The translations under genes and the position numbers were made by a program. The notes under the pieces are model-generated. The model ran no database searches. It was not told the origin of the DNA and saw only the letters and a list, made by a program, of their open reading frames with translations. Of a stretch of DNA of 64,000 nt, positions 51,138-62,498 are shown piece by piece (position 1 is the first letter of the stretch; every line of letters starts with the position of its first letter). This DNA is from Stegostoma tigrinum (taxonomy: Eukaryota): assembly GCF_030684315.1 (NCBI RefSeq), contig NC_081390.1, positions 23,173,288 to 23,237,287 on the forward strand. The letters are read 5' to 3'.

Positions 51138-52105
51138 AATCATAGAGATGTATAGCACAGAAACTGGTCCTTCAGTCCGAATTGTCCATGCCAACCAGAT
51201 ATCCTAAATAAATCTATTCCCATTTGCCAGCATTTGGCTCATATCCCTCTAAACCCTTCCTATTCATGTACCCATCCAGATGCCTTTTAAATGTTGCAAT
51301 TGTACCAGCCTCCACCACTTCTTCTGGCAGCTCATTCCACACACGCACCACTCTCTGCTGGAAAACCTTATCCCTCAGGTCCTCTTTAAATCTTTCCGTT
51401 CTCGCCTTAAATGTATATCCTCTACTTTTGGACTCCCCTGCCCTGGGGAAAAGACCTTGGTTACTCACTCCATTCATGCCCCTCATGATTCTATAACCTC
51501 TATAAGGTCATCCCTCAGTCTCCGATGTTCCAGGGAAAATGGGCCCAGCCCATTCAGCCTCTTGCTGTAGCTCAAACCGTCCAGACCCAGCAAAATCCTT
51601 GTAAATCTTTTCTGCACCCTCTCAAGTTCAATAACATCCTTCCTATAGAAGGGCAACCAGAATTGTACACAGTATTCCAAACAAGGCCTCACTAATCTCC
51701 TGTACAGCTGCAACACGACCTCTCAACTCCTACAGTCAAAGCAATGACCAGTGAAGGCAAGCGTACTAATTGCCATCACCACCCTTTCTACATGTGCTGC
51801 CACTTTCATGGAATTATGCATCGACAGCCCTAGGTCCCTTTGTTCAGCGACACTCCCCAGGGCCCTACTGTTTACTGGATAAATCCTGCCCTGGTTTGCT
51901 TTACCAAAATGCAATACTTCACATTTGTCTAAACTCCATCTGCCGCTACTTAGCCCATTGACCCCTCTGATCCAGATCCTGTTGTACTCTGAAGTTACTT
52001 TCATCGTTGTCCACTGCATCTCCGACTCTGGTGTCATCTGCAAACTAACCATACCTCCTAAACTCACATCCAAACCATTGATATAAATGACAAAAAGCAG
52101 CGGAC
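51138..52105 (-). mobile_element. CR1/HER1 LINE, RT C-terminal half with frameshifts
   Basis: GPLLFVIYINGL, DKCEVLHFG, LYRRLVRPCLEYCVQFW, RVVRVWNELPEEVVEA. Confidence 0.95.
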
Positions 52106-52477
52106 CTTGCACTGGCCCAGATTGAACACAAATCAAAAGTCTGTCTGACAGCTAGGGAGATAAGAAGGGTAGGGGGTGACACAGAGGGAGTGACCCAAAA
52201 TGATTTCAGAGATATGCAACATAATAGCACAGCTTAACAGCACATAATCAGAGTTCTACAGAAACTAGTTTAAAAAACCATCACAAAAAGGTGTACAATT
52301 TCATGCATGGAACGCTGCTAATGGCTAAATGGTCTGATTGTGTCTGTATGCAGTGACAGGGCCCTTCACCATGGGCAGCTCAGACTATGAAGAGACTGAC
52401 TCCATCATCAATGAGAATTGCTATTTTATCAACAGCAGCGAGCAAGCTGGCTCTCAGGGTGGAGCTGCAAATCACCA

Positions 52478-52643
52478 ACACACACATGCACGTTATACAC
52501 ACACACACACACCATGGCACACACACACACACACAATGATTCTCTCTCTCTCTCATACACGCACACACACCATGACACAACACGCACAGTGATTCCCTCC
52601 CACTTACACACATACATACACACGCGCACACACACTCACGCAC
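52478..52643. repeat. Imperfect (CA)n microsatellite with a (TC)n patch
   Basis: Directly visible. Confidence 0.95.
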
Positions 52644-52957
52644 AGCCTGAGTTCAATGAAAAGCAATTGCTCTGATCTTCTCACTGCAGGTGTCTCCCAT
52701 CTCCTTCAAACCAAAGCTGAATGCCTATTGTGACTTCCCAACTTACCCTGCCTTGCCCCCATCTCACACAGAGAGCACCAGCCATAGATATCTCCTTTGG
52801 CCCCATCTACCTCACTGAACCCCACCCATACTCACCAAACCCAAGCATCCACCGAGCCCAATCACCTAACTGCCCATTTCCCCTTCCCCAGACTAACCCG
52901 TCCCTCCATCTACTACATACTCCACTGCTCATACCCTCCCCAAACTTCACCTTACAG

Positions 52958-53129
52958 AAATCTGTGAGAACCGCGGATGCTGGAAATCAGAAACAAAAGC
53001 AGAAATTTCTGGAAAGCACTCAGCAGGTCCTCAGTTGGGACACTAGGCCCAAAATGTTAACTGTTTTTTTCTCTTCACAGGTGCTGCCAGACTTGCTGAG
53101 GTTTTCCGGTAATTTCTGTTTTTGCTCTG
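52958..53129. mobile_element. Fold-back PLE family B element, decayed
   Basis: Inverted arms; 9-bp TSD ACCTTACAG (52949-52957, 53130-53138). Confidence 0.75.
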
Positions 53130-54379
53130 ACCTTACAGTGGCCTTGCCGAATCCAAATCTATTCTCAATTTCACTAAATTGCAGCAGCCACTACATTTAA
53201 TAAAAATGACTGTGAAGCAATTAAGGATGTCCTGAGGCTGTCAAAGTGCTGTGTCAATTTAAATTTTGTTACTCGATTTCTGAAAACATTAGACTTTTCC
53301 CACCTCACTGGAAGAGGGGACTACTACAACAATTCATGCCTGGTCTGTTACGGTCTACAAAGATCCATCAAGCGTAGAAATACCCCTGAGGAGATAAAGG
53401 TAGAGGCAAGATCACCTTCGTCCCAGAGGACTGCTCCCTCATTTGAGAGAGATGACTTGTGGGTGATTTAACCTGATTGTCACCATATCTCAGGTGAGGG
53501 GAGAGGTTGAGAAGCAGAGTCCTCATGGTAACTTCAGCTGGTGTAGGAATTAAACCCATCATACCTAACCATCCAGCCAACTGAGCTAACTGGAGGAAGG
53601 CACAGGCTGGTGCATGGAATTCCATGCACGATGAGTTCGTAAACCCAGGAGTCCCACCATGGAAGTGCTTCCAAGCATCAGGAGTGAAAGACATTGAAGG
53701 GTAGCAGCAATGACTGGCTGACAATATGTCATGCCTGCTCCCCATTTCTATGGAGACAAAGTATGCAACAGCGGGCAGAGAAATTCATCAGGAAATACTT
53801 TGGGAGAGCTGGAGGAGCATACTTTGAAAAGGAAAATCAGGAAAATAGACAAGAGGACTCTATTTTTGTGAAATTTTGAAAAATATCACATGTCCCCCTT
53901 CTGGTATGGGTTGCACATTTTTTTTGCCAAACTAAACACACATCAGACATGATCCTGGCAAGTTCTCTATCTCTCATGTTCCCTGCTCCAAGTAAAGCTA
54001 CAGAAAGAATCATTAGACTTTTGCTATTTCTGTTGCTGGTGTCTGACTTGAATTATTGCTTAAATTCCAAACACTGGAATGATCAATTGGATTCAACAAG
54101 CTTGTGGCTTATCACTGTTTGATGGGCGAGGATATCGATTTTGTTTTCTCTTCTCCTTTCAATCTGCTTCTCGGTGCATTGTCATCCATTCCGCAGCAAA
54201 TTAATTTTTACTTGAAGCGATCCACAACTGAATGCCTGCACAGCTGCCTGCAAAGTTGAAACCAAATTTCCAAATGGCCACGCAAACAAAGAGCCTTCTG
54301 TCTGGGGCAGAAGTGAGCAAAACTCTCTGTCTCAAAATTAACATCTGAATGGTTTGAACCTTTATTGGTCGGGCCTGTC

Positions 54380-54820
54380 ATAATTACATCCCATCACCAG
54401 CACTGATGGCCCCTCACAGTCAAGAGTCCTTCTCTTCCAATCTCAGGGTGAGTCCATGGGGGCAGACTAATGGGGCTACCGCAGGCTCTGTTATACTTGG
54501 GGCAAAAGGTGTTGGGGCGGGGGGTGTGTTCCTGTGGCACCATGCTCCTTGCGCTGTTTTCATCTGGCTTCTGCATATCACCCCCCTTGGCAAACCCCGA
54601 GGTGCTCGACACATTCCCGGATGCTCCTCCTCCAGATTGGATGGTCTTGAGTCAGTGACTCCCAGGTGTCTGTGGGAATGTCCATTTTCCCAGTGAGGCC
54701 TTGGGGGTATCACTGGAACGCTTCCTCTGCCCACCTGGGGCTTGCTGTTTCAAAGGTAGGAGTACAGCACCCACTTTTGGATTCTCGTGTTGGTCAAGTA
54801 GATGACGTACCCACCCCATT
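54380..54820 (-). mobile_element. RTE (BovB-like) LINE 3' fragment
   Basis: Broken frames on the minus strand read W.G.VI...TRIQKWVLYS...APGGQRKRSSDT.KASLGK..PTDTW, the RTE ORF C-terminal pattern. Confidence 0.7.
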
Positions 54821-55089
54821 GTAGCTAATTACACCTAATTAATTACATCCAATTCAGTAACAGAGCGCCAAAACATGTAAATGTTTTAGTCAGGGTCTAA
54901 GTAGTTTCAAAAGGCCATTCTGAAGAAGGGAGACAGGACCTGAAAATAGTAACTCTTTTTCTCTCTCCACAGATGCTGCCAGACCTGCTGAGGTTTCCCA
55001 CCAATTTCTTATTCTGTTTCAAAACGGTTGCAAACAAGTTCAGCATGATTCTGTTCTTCTCCACAGGCCATAGTGGGGCTCAAAATTGA

Positions 55090-57310
55090 AAGACCATAAA
55101 ACAAAGGAGCAGAAATTAGGCAATTCAGCCCATCGAGTCTGCTCTGCCATTCAATCATGCCTGATAAGTTCTTTAACCCCATTCTCCTGCTTTCTCCCCA
55201 TTACCCTTGATCCCCTTATAATCAAGAACCTATCTATCTCAGTCTTAAATGTAGTCAATGACCTGGACTCCACAGCTTTCTGCGGCAGTGAATTCCATAG
55301 ATTCACCACTCTCTGGCTGAACTTGTTTCTCCTTATCTCTGTTCTATAAAGGGCCTTCCCTTTACCCTAAGGCTGTGCCTTTAGGTCCTAGACTCTCGTA
55401 CCAATGGAAACATCTTCCTAACACCCACTCTGTCCAGACATTCAGTATTCTGTAAATTTCAATTAGATGACTCCACATCCTTCTAAACTTCAGACAACAA
55501 ATCTTTTATCTATGCTAGCACCTTGCCTCTAACACCGTGGGCCCTTGTCTTACTCAGCAACCTCCTGTGTGGCACCTTGTCAAAGGCCTCTTTGAAGTCC
55601 AGGTAGCTAACATCCATTGGATCTCCTTGGTCTACCCTGCTAATTACTTCCTTGAAGAATTCTAACAGATATGTCAGGTATGATCTCCCCTTGATGAAAC
55701 CATGCTGACTTCACCTTGCTTTACTATTCACTTCCAAATAGTCAGAAATCTCATCCTTTACAATGGACTCCAAAATCTTATCCACAACCCAGCTTCGGCT
55801 ATTTGGCCTGTAATTTTCCATCTTTTGCCTTACTCCCTTTTTAAACAGGGGTGTCACGCTAGCGATTTTCCAGTCTTCTGGGGCCCTCCCTGACTCTAGT
55901 GATTCCTGAAAGATCACAACTAATGCTTCCGCTATCTCCTCAATTACCTCCTTTAGAACTCTGGGGTGTAGTCCATCTGGTCCAGGTAATTTATCCACCT
56001 TCAGGCCAATCAGTTTTACCAGCACCTACTCCTTGGTGATGGCCACCATACTCAGCACTGCCCCCTGACTCTCTTGAATTTTTGGGATTTTACTCATGTC
56101 TTCCTCTGTGAAGACTGACGCAAAGTAACTATTCAGTTCCTCAGTTATTTCCTTGCTCTGCACTATTATCTCTCCACTGTCATTTTCCAGCCATCCTATG
56201 TTCACTTTTGCCTCTCTTTTGCTCTTTATATATCTAAAGAAACTCTTATAGCCTTCATTTATATTACTGGCTAGTTTACCCTCATATTTAATCTTCTCTC
56301 TCCTTATTTCTTTTTTTTGTTGCCCTCTGTTGGTCTTTGTAAGCTTCCCAATCCTCTGGTTTCCCACTGCCTATTGCCACATTATATGCTTTCTCTTTTG
56401 GTTTTATGCTATCCCTGACTTCCCTCGTCAGCCATGGTTGCCGTCTCCTCCCTGTACCATGGTGCTTTTTCCTAAGAATGAATTTTTGCTGCTTCTCCTC
56501 ATAATTACTCCCAGAAACACCTGCCTTTGCTGTTCCACTGTCTTGCCTGCTAGGCTTCTCTTCCAGTCGATTCTGCCCAGCTCCTCCCTCATACCTCTGA
56601 TTCTATCTTCACCGTCTCAAATTGCAGAGTAAATTCTATCATATTATGATCACTGCTTCCTAAGGATTCCTTTATGTTAAGCTCCCTTATCTAGTCTGCC
56701 TCATTGCACCACACCAAATCCAGTCTTGCCTGTTCCCTTATGAGCTCCACCACAAGCTGCTCCAAAAAGCCATCTTGTAGACATTTCACAAACTCCTTTT
56801 CTTGCAATCCACTGGCAACATGACTTTCCCAATCCACCTGCATATTGAAATCCCCTATGATCACTGTGACTTTGCCTTTCTTACACCTTTTCTATCTCTT
56901 GGTGCATTCTGCATTCCAGCTCCTGACTACTGTGTACAGGCCTGTACACAACCCAATTCTACCTATACAGATTCCACACCATCTGACCCTACTTCGTTTC
57001 TTCCTATTGATTTAATTTTATTTCTCACTAATAAGGCAACCCCTTCCCCTCGGCCCGCCTGCCTATCGTTTTGATAGGATGCATATCCTTGAATATTTAG
57101 TTCCCAATCCTGATCCCCTCGCAGCCACGTCTCCACGATACCTACCATGTCATACATGCCAGTTTAGATCAGCCCCACAAGCTCATTTGCCATATTCCTT
57201 ATACTGCATGCATTCAGATATAATGCCTTCAGCCCTGTTTTAACCCTCCCTCTTCTCACTGTCTTTCATTTTTCCAGTGTTTGATTGCTAGCGCTGTCCA
57301 AACACTGTTC
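55090..57310 (-). mobile_element. Largest CR1 LINE copy: APE endonuclease, tether/RT start and 3' tail, internally deleted and inactive
   Basis: YDMVGIVETWL...IQGY...DRQAGRGEGVALLV; KLPGPDGLHPRVLKE...PEDWKIASVTPLFKKG..ENYRP; stops and deletions. Confidence 0.95.
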
Positions 57311-57804
57311 TACTTGTGTCTGTGTTGGAGACCTTAATAACCTCTCCTGGGTTCTCCTTCTCTGTCATTTTTTTCATATTTTTCCATGGAGTTGAATCCA
57401 TCACCACAGACATTAATCTGATGCTTTGTTTCGCACTGGGAAAAGTTTAACCATTCCCTTACCCCCAGCTTTCTAGCTTGAAGTCCTGAGAGGAGGTGAC
57501 ATTGTTAATTATTTTACCTGTAGCTCAGATCAGAAACAAGGAAGGCGCGTTTCTTAAATTAACAAATAAACAGCGGTTTTATTGCAAAAGGAGCTTGCTC
57601 AAGCAATATCCAATAACCCTTGCTGAAAAATAACACAATCACTCACTCCAAGCCTGCAAAAAATATAAAATATTGCAGAGCATTATCTCAAAAGACCCTC
57701 GACCAAGTAACAGTTAAAATGCTTGAGGGAAAAAAATACATTTACAGAATGTATAAATACTGCAGCTGAAGTCACTCTCCATAGAGGCTAGTGGACCTGT
57801 TGAG

Positions 57805-58362
57805 GATGTGAAGGTGCTGGTGTTGAACTGGGATGGACAAAGTCAGAAGTCACGCAGCACCAGGTTGTCATCCAACAGTTCTGAGGAAGGGTCAGCGGAT
57901 CTGAAAGGTTAACTCTGATTTTTTTTTCACAGATGCTGCCAGACCTGCTGAGGTTTTCCAGCAACTTCTGTTTATAGTCCGACAGCTTTATCTGAAATCA
58001 CAGGCTTTCGGAGTGCTGCTCCTTCATCATGTGAAGGAGATGTTTTGTTACCATGCTGAGTAACATCATCAGTGCATTCTCCGATGAAGCGCTGTTGTGT
58101 TTTCCCACCTGATAGTTAGACTCTGGGGTCTGTTGGAGTTGGTTACCTCATTGCAGGTTTTTCTTTGCAGTGGTGTGTATATTTAGGGTCTAATTCTACG
58201 TGTTTATTCATGAGGTAACCAATTCCAGTGGACCCCAGAGTTTGAAAACCAGGCAGGAAAACATAACGGCGCTTCATTGGAGGCTGCATTGATGATGTTA
58301 TCCAGCAGGGTAATGAAACGTCTGCGAAACAACGATCCAGCTTGGCCAGTGAACCAACCGCA
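57805..58362. mobile_element. Cluster of PLE families D, B and E-like with four hammerhead motifs
   Basis: Motifs at 57881-57911(+), 58002-58030(-), 58039-58072(-), 58289-58322(+). The last two are ends of a diverged fold-back. Confidence 0.78.
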
Positions 58363-59213
58363 ACAAATTTATGACTTACGAGTAGAAAAACTTAGGTGAA
58401 GGGTGAATGTTAGGTCAATTACTTTTTTGCAAAGGGTGATTCACAGATGGAATAGGCCACAGATGGAAGGGGAACTGGCAGAGGCTGACTGCATCAACAC
58501 AGTTGTAATGTTACCTGGTAGGTGGGACAGTGAGACTGAGTCCTTAATATGGTCAATATGTTCCAAGACACTCAGTGCAGGGTAATCAGAAAATAGAAAC
58601 TTTACACCATTCTACACAAGTTAATATTGCAACAGATGGTCAAACGTTTGGTCCAAGGGATAGGTTTATACAGCATCTTAAAGGAAGAGGAGAGGAAGGG
58701 AAAGGGATGGAGAAGTTTAGTGAAGCTACTCCAGAACTTGGGGGCAAAAGATCAGAAGGCATGGCTGCTAACAATGAAATGATAAAATCAAGGATGCACA
58801 TAAGGTCAGAATTCAAGCAGTAGAGCAATCCTGGGAAGGCATGGGGCTGAATGAGGTTACAGAGTTAGGAAAGGGACAAGTTACAGGAGGTGAAATTTGA
58901 AAATAAGGCTGACAATTTTGATACACATCTGTTGCTGGACCTGGCAATGAGAAATCAGCCAGCGGACAGTACACAAAACAGTTTGCTTGATGCATAACAT
59001 CCATAACACATCTGTATAAACTGTCCATCCATTCTCCCAGTTAGTGATACGGCTTGTCCATGTATATTGATTTCTTTGTTATGATGGCTATAGAACTGGG
59101 TTTACTAGACACAAGGCCAGAGGTTGACTGAGGACGGCAGAAAAGCTCCATGATGGGGCCAGCTGTCAGTTTTTAATCAGGTTGCATTTGCAAAGCACTG
59201 TTTTGATACTTAC

Positions 59214-59402
59214 ATCATCTTTATCCTGTACTTGGATGAACAGAGGGAGCGCGAAGCCCACCTGGGCCAACTCAGTGATACTGACGAAATACTCAGACCG
59301 ATTAAATTCTGGTGGATTGTCATTAACATCAATCACCAATATATTAAATGTTGTGGAAACTGTGGCATTTGACGGGGTCCGGTCCTCATTCAGTTCAGTG
59401 CC
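59214..59402 (-). CDS. CDH23: Cadherin-23 coding exon, 189 bp, phase 0/0 (end of EC3, EC3-4 linker, start of EC4; equivalent to human exon 11)
   Basis: ttggatag|GGC...GAT|gtaagt. Translates GTELNEDRTPSNATVSTTFNILVIDVNDNPPEFNRSEYFVSITELAQVGFALPLFIQVQDKDD, near-identical to recalled human CDH23 GTELNDDRTPSDATVTTTFNILVIDINDNAPEF...LFIQVVDKDE. DxNDN and DxD calcium motifs present. Confidence 0.97.
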
Positions 59403-60094
59403 CTATCCAAAAAGGGAAAACACAGACAGGATTACAAATAAAATATTTATACATTATTCTACAAAACATACCAAAGTGTTTACATTAAGTGCAACAAATA
59501 CTGTCGTGTAGGTAAATGTGGCAACAAACTGACAGAAAGCAATATCCCACAAACAAAAATGAATTGAATCTCTGTTCCCTTTGATATTATTGACTACTCA
59601 GAGCAGATGGAGAGAGACTGTTGCTGTGAGTTTGAGAGCCAAGGACTAAAGGGCATGCTGTAAAGATTAGACCAGGAGTGAAACTAGGAAGTGCTCCTCC
59701 ATGCAAAAGGTGACAAAACTTTAGAGCTTTCTACCCAGTTGCTGCTGGCTAAATTGTTAATTCTAAATTTGAGGTTGACAACATACAGTTAGCTGAAGGC
59801 ATTCAGGATTATTAAGCCAGGAACAAATGGCTCAGCCATAAAATGCATATTTAGAGTGATAGACGTTTTCATGTAGAATATGACAGACAGCTACAAGTAT
59901 TTGGAAGGTGGATCAGTCACGATGTTGTGGAATGGTGGAACAGGATCGAGGGGCCTCCAGCTGTTCCTACACAGTTTAGTGGAGGGATGTTTGTCAGGAT
60001 ACTGGGACAATGCCATGGTCTTTCCTGGAATAATGCTTGGGGATCCTCAACACCCACCTAAAGGGTCAGACAGGAGGGTGTTGCGTTAATAAGG

Positions 60095-60460
60095 ATGTTT
60101 AGAAGACTGAGGAGGAATCTGCTTGAAAATTACAGGATACCGAGAGGCCTGGGTACAGTGAACTTGGGCAAGATGTTTCCACTACTGGGAGAGACAAGGA
60201 CCCAAGGTCACACCCTCAGAGTGAAGGGAGGAATTTCTTCAGCCAGAGGGTGGTGAATCTGAAGAACTCATTGTTGCAGAGGGCTGTGGAGGCCGAGTCA
60301 ATCAGTGTAATTAAGTCAGAGATAGATAGGTTCTTGATTTTTAAGGGGTTTAGGGGGAGAAGGCTGGAGAATGGGGTTGAGAACTATATCAGCCAAGATC
60401 AAATGATAGAGCAGAATCAGTGGAACAAATTGCCTAATTCTGCTCCCATATCTTACGGTC
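60095..60460 (+). mobile_element. CR1 LINE 3' fragment
   Basis: ORF 60250..60471 VNLKNSLLQRAVEAES.SVIKSEIDRFL. Confidence 0.85.
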
Positions 60461-61835
60461 TTCTGGCCTGATGCCCTGTGCAATGGGAAGTGACTTCACT
60501 ACAGCAACATACAAAAAGCCAGCTCGACAAGCATTCTCGCAAAAGTCCTGCAAAATCAACTACAATGCGTAGCTGAGAAGTGTCAGGTCCCAGTTTGTCA
60601 ACTCTCAATCTACCAGTGCTGTTCTGGGAGGACACAGAAAACGCTGCAAAGACCTGGAATCTCTCCTTGAAAGCCTGGTAGCTTTGACTTTGACAAATGG
60701 GAGAGGCTTGCTACAGCAATGACCTGTCTGCCAGGTTCAGCACATTTTGAACCTGAGCACCTGATGGATAAGGCACAGCAGTGGCAGAGAAGGAAAGAAC
60801 AGGAAGACAATTCTCTGTCCAGATCTCAAAGCCTTGCAGCACCGTCCTGCCTCCACAGGCCCAAAGATTTGAAAGTCAAGGACTATTCAGTCCCATGAGG
60901 ACACAGGATAGAAACCCTGGGAGTCTGAATAGACATCATCCCTTGAGGTGGGAGATGGAAAATGATGATCTCACCAGGAATACACTACACTGACAGCTTG
61001 CATTACAATACATCACGCTGTGACAAAAATTATTATCTGAATCTAGCCATAACATAAAACAGTAAATCCAAAAAGCCAGCTTGTAGCAATTACAATTTTG
61101 GTCTGAGCAAGTAACATTTGTTGAGATGCAAAGTATATTTTGTTTTACAGACTTATCCAACTGTTAGGCTGCTACAATCAATGAGAATTGGAGTCCAAGC
61201 CATAAATCCAGATTTAACAAACATGTATTCAGCAGGCCACTGGTTCTCATATCGATTTTAATTAAAATAAAGAATTCCTCAGTGTTGAACATAAATCCAA
61301 AAAAGTAAGTCAGCACTTCTCATGGTGTGCATATGCTTCAATGCACATTTTATTATAACTTTCAGGTTTAATTTAGTGACTCAGTGTAGAGACAAAAATA
61401 GAAACAAGCAACCCTATGTAGGGGAGAGACAACAATTATTGGGATTGTAGTAATGGAATGTCCCGTACTCGGTTACCTTTGTGTGACATTCCAGGAACTT
61501 TACTGGCATTTTGGGGTAGTGTGCTGCCATTGTGTGTTCCTATCAGCCAGTAAAACTTTGTGTAAGCTTTCAAGGTTAATGTTCTTGCCAATTACATACC
61601 AAGAGCTGTCCTTCCCAACAGGTTACCGGTTTGTAACCAGTCAATAACTCAATTCTGAAGAAGGGTTATAGGACTTGAAGTGTTAACTCTGTTTCTCTCT
61701 CCGCATACCTGCCCACTTGCTCCAGGAATCTCTGTTTATCTCACGTGTCCAGCATCCACAGTTTTCTGTTTTATTAAACTCAAGTTCTTTGTTCATTCTT
61801 ACCAGTATTTTGGGAAACCCATTTCGGAACGTGAA

Positions 61836-61957
61836 CGTGATAATGGGAACGGCAGATGCTGGAGAATCCAAGATAATAAAGTGCGTAGTTGGATGAACAC
61901 AGCAGGCCCAGCAGCATCTCGGGAGCACAAAAGCTGACGTTTCGGGCCTAGACCCTT
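61836..61957 (-). mobile_element. PLE family A end truncated inside the hammerhead; a family B remnant lies at 61655-61770(+)
   Basis: Minus strand AAGGGTCTAGGCCCGAAACGTCAGCTTTTG with CpGs intact, lacking CUGAUG. Confidence 0.82.
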
Positions 61958-62034
61958 TTGGTTTTTCAGCTTCACTGACCTTCAGTGGCTTTGTCATTCA
62001 CACTGCTTTGGGATTTGTTCAGTCTTACGGACAG

Positions 62035-62498
62035 CAACCCTCAGTGAGTAGCACTGTCACATGACAGTCAGTAAATTCTGGGTCCAAGGCTCAAATCCTG
62101 AGATTTGATCTGGAATATCAGAGGCGACTACGACCAGAGCAGGACTGAGGCAGTGCTGCACTGTCCGAGGGGCTGGCTTCTGGGCAAAATGAGAAACCAA
62201 AGTCACTTCTGCCCTCTCAGCTAGATTTGAAAGATCCCATAGCCACCTTTTCAAAGAGAAGTGGAAAAATTCTCCTACGGTCTGGGACAGGAATGATTTC
62301 CTATCCCACTTCGTTAGAAGTTAGGTGAGCTGGTCATTATCTCATTGCCAGCTGTTGGAGTTTGCTGTTTGCAAATTGGCTGCAGTGTTGTCCAAATTAC
62401 AACATTGATTCCATTTCAAAAAGTAACTTCACTGGCTTCAAGCACTTTGAGACATTCTGTACTTATGAAAGGTGCTATGTAAATGCAAGTTATCTTTC
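62035..62498 (+). mobile_element. DeuSINE (SacSINE1-like) element, near full length
   Basis: TGCTGCACTGTC...AAAGATCCCAT.GC.AC...TGGTCATTATC.CATTGC...CAAATTGGCTGC...GAAAGGTGCTATGTAAATGCAAG. Fragments also near 16140-16290, 35040-35140(-), 37270-37360(-). Confidence 0.75.

Noticed and set aside
52338-52675. His/Thr- and Cys/Val-rich ORFs
   Set aside because: Translations of the CA microsatellite.
53795-53860. Strong polypyrimidine tract and AAG acceptor on the minus strand with a possible 23-nt exon
   Set aside because: Weak donor (gtattt), frameshifting length and no similarity to CDH23.
57510-57550. Alternative 6-nt microexon ctgag|CTACAG|gtaaaa on the minus strand
   Set aside because: GAG acceptor and weak donor; likely chance.
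59182-59511. Plus-strand ORF of 109 aa (also 50932..51132 and 41116..41376)
   Set aside because: Antisense shadows of the CDH23 exons.
60805-60850. LDRE-like cadherin motif on the minus strand, candidate upstream CDH23 exon
   Set aside because: In-frame TGA two codons upstream and no match to the expected flanking peptide.
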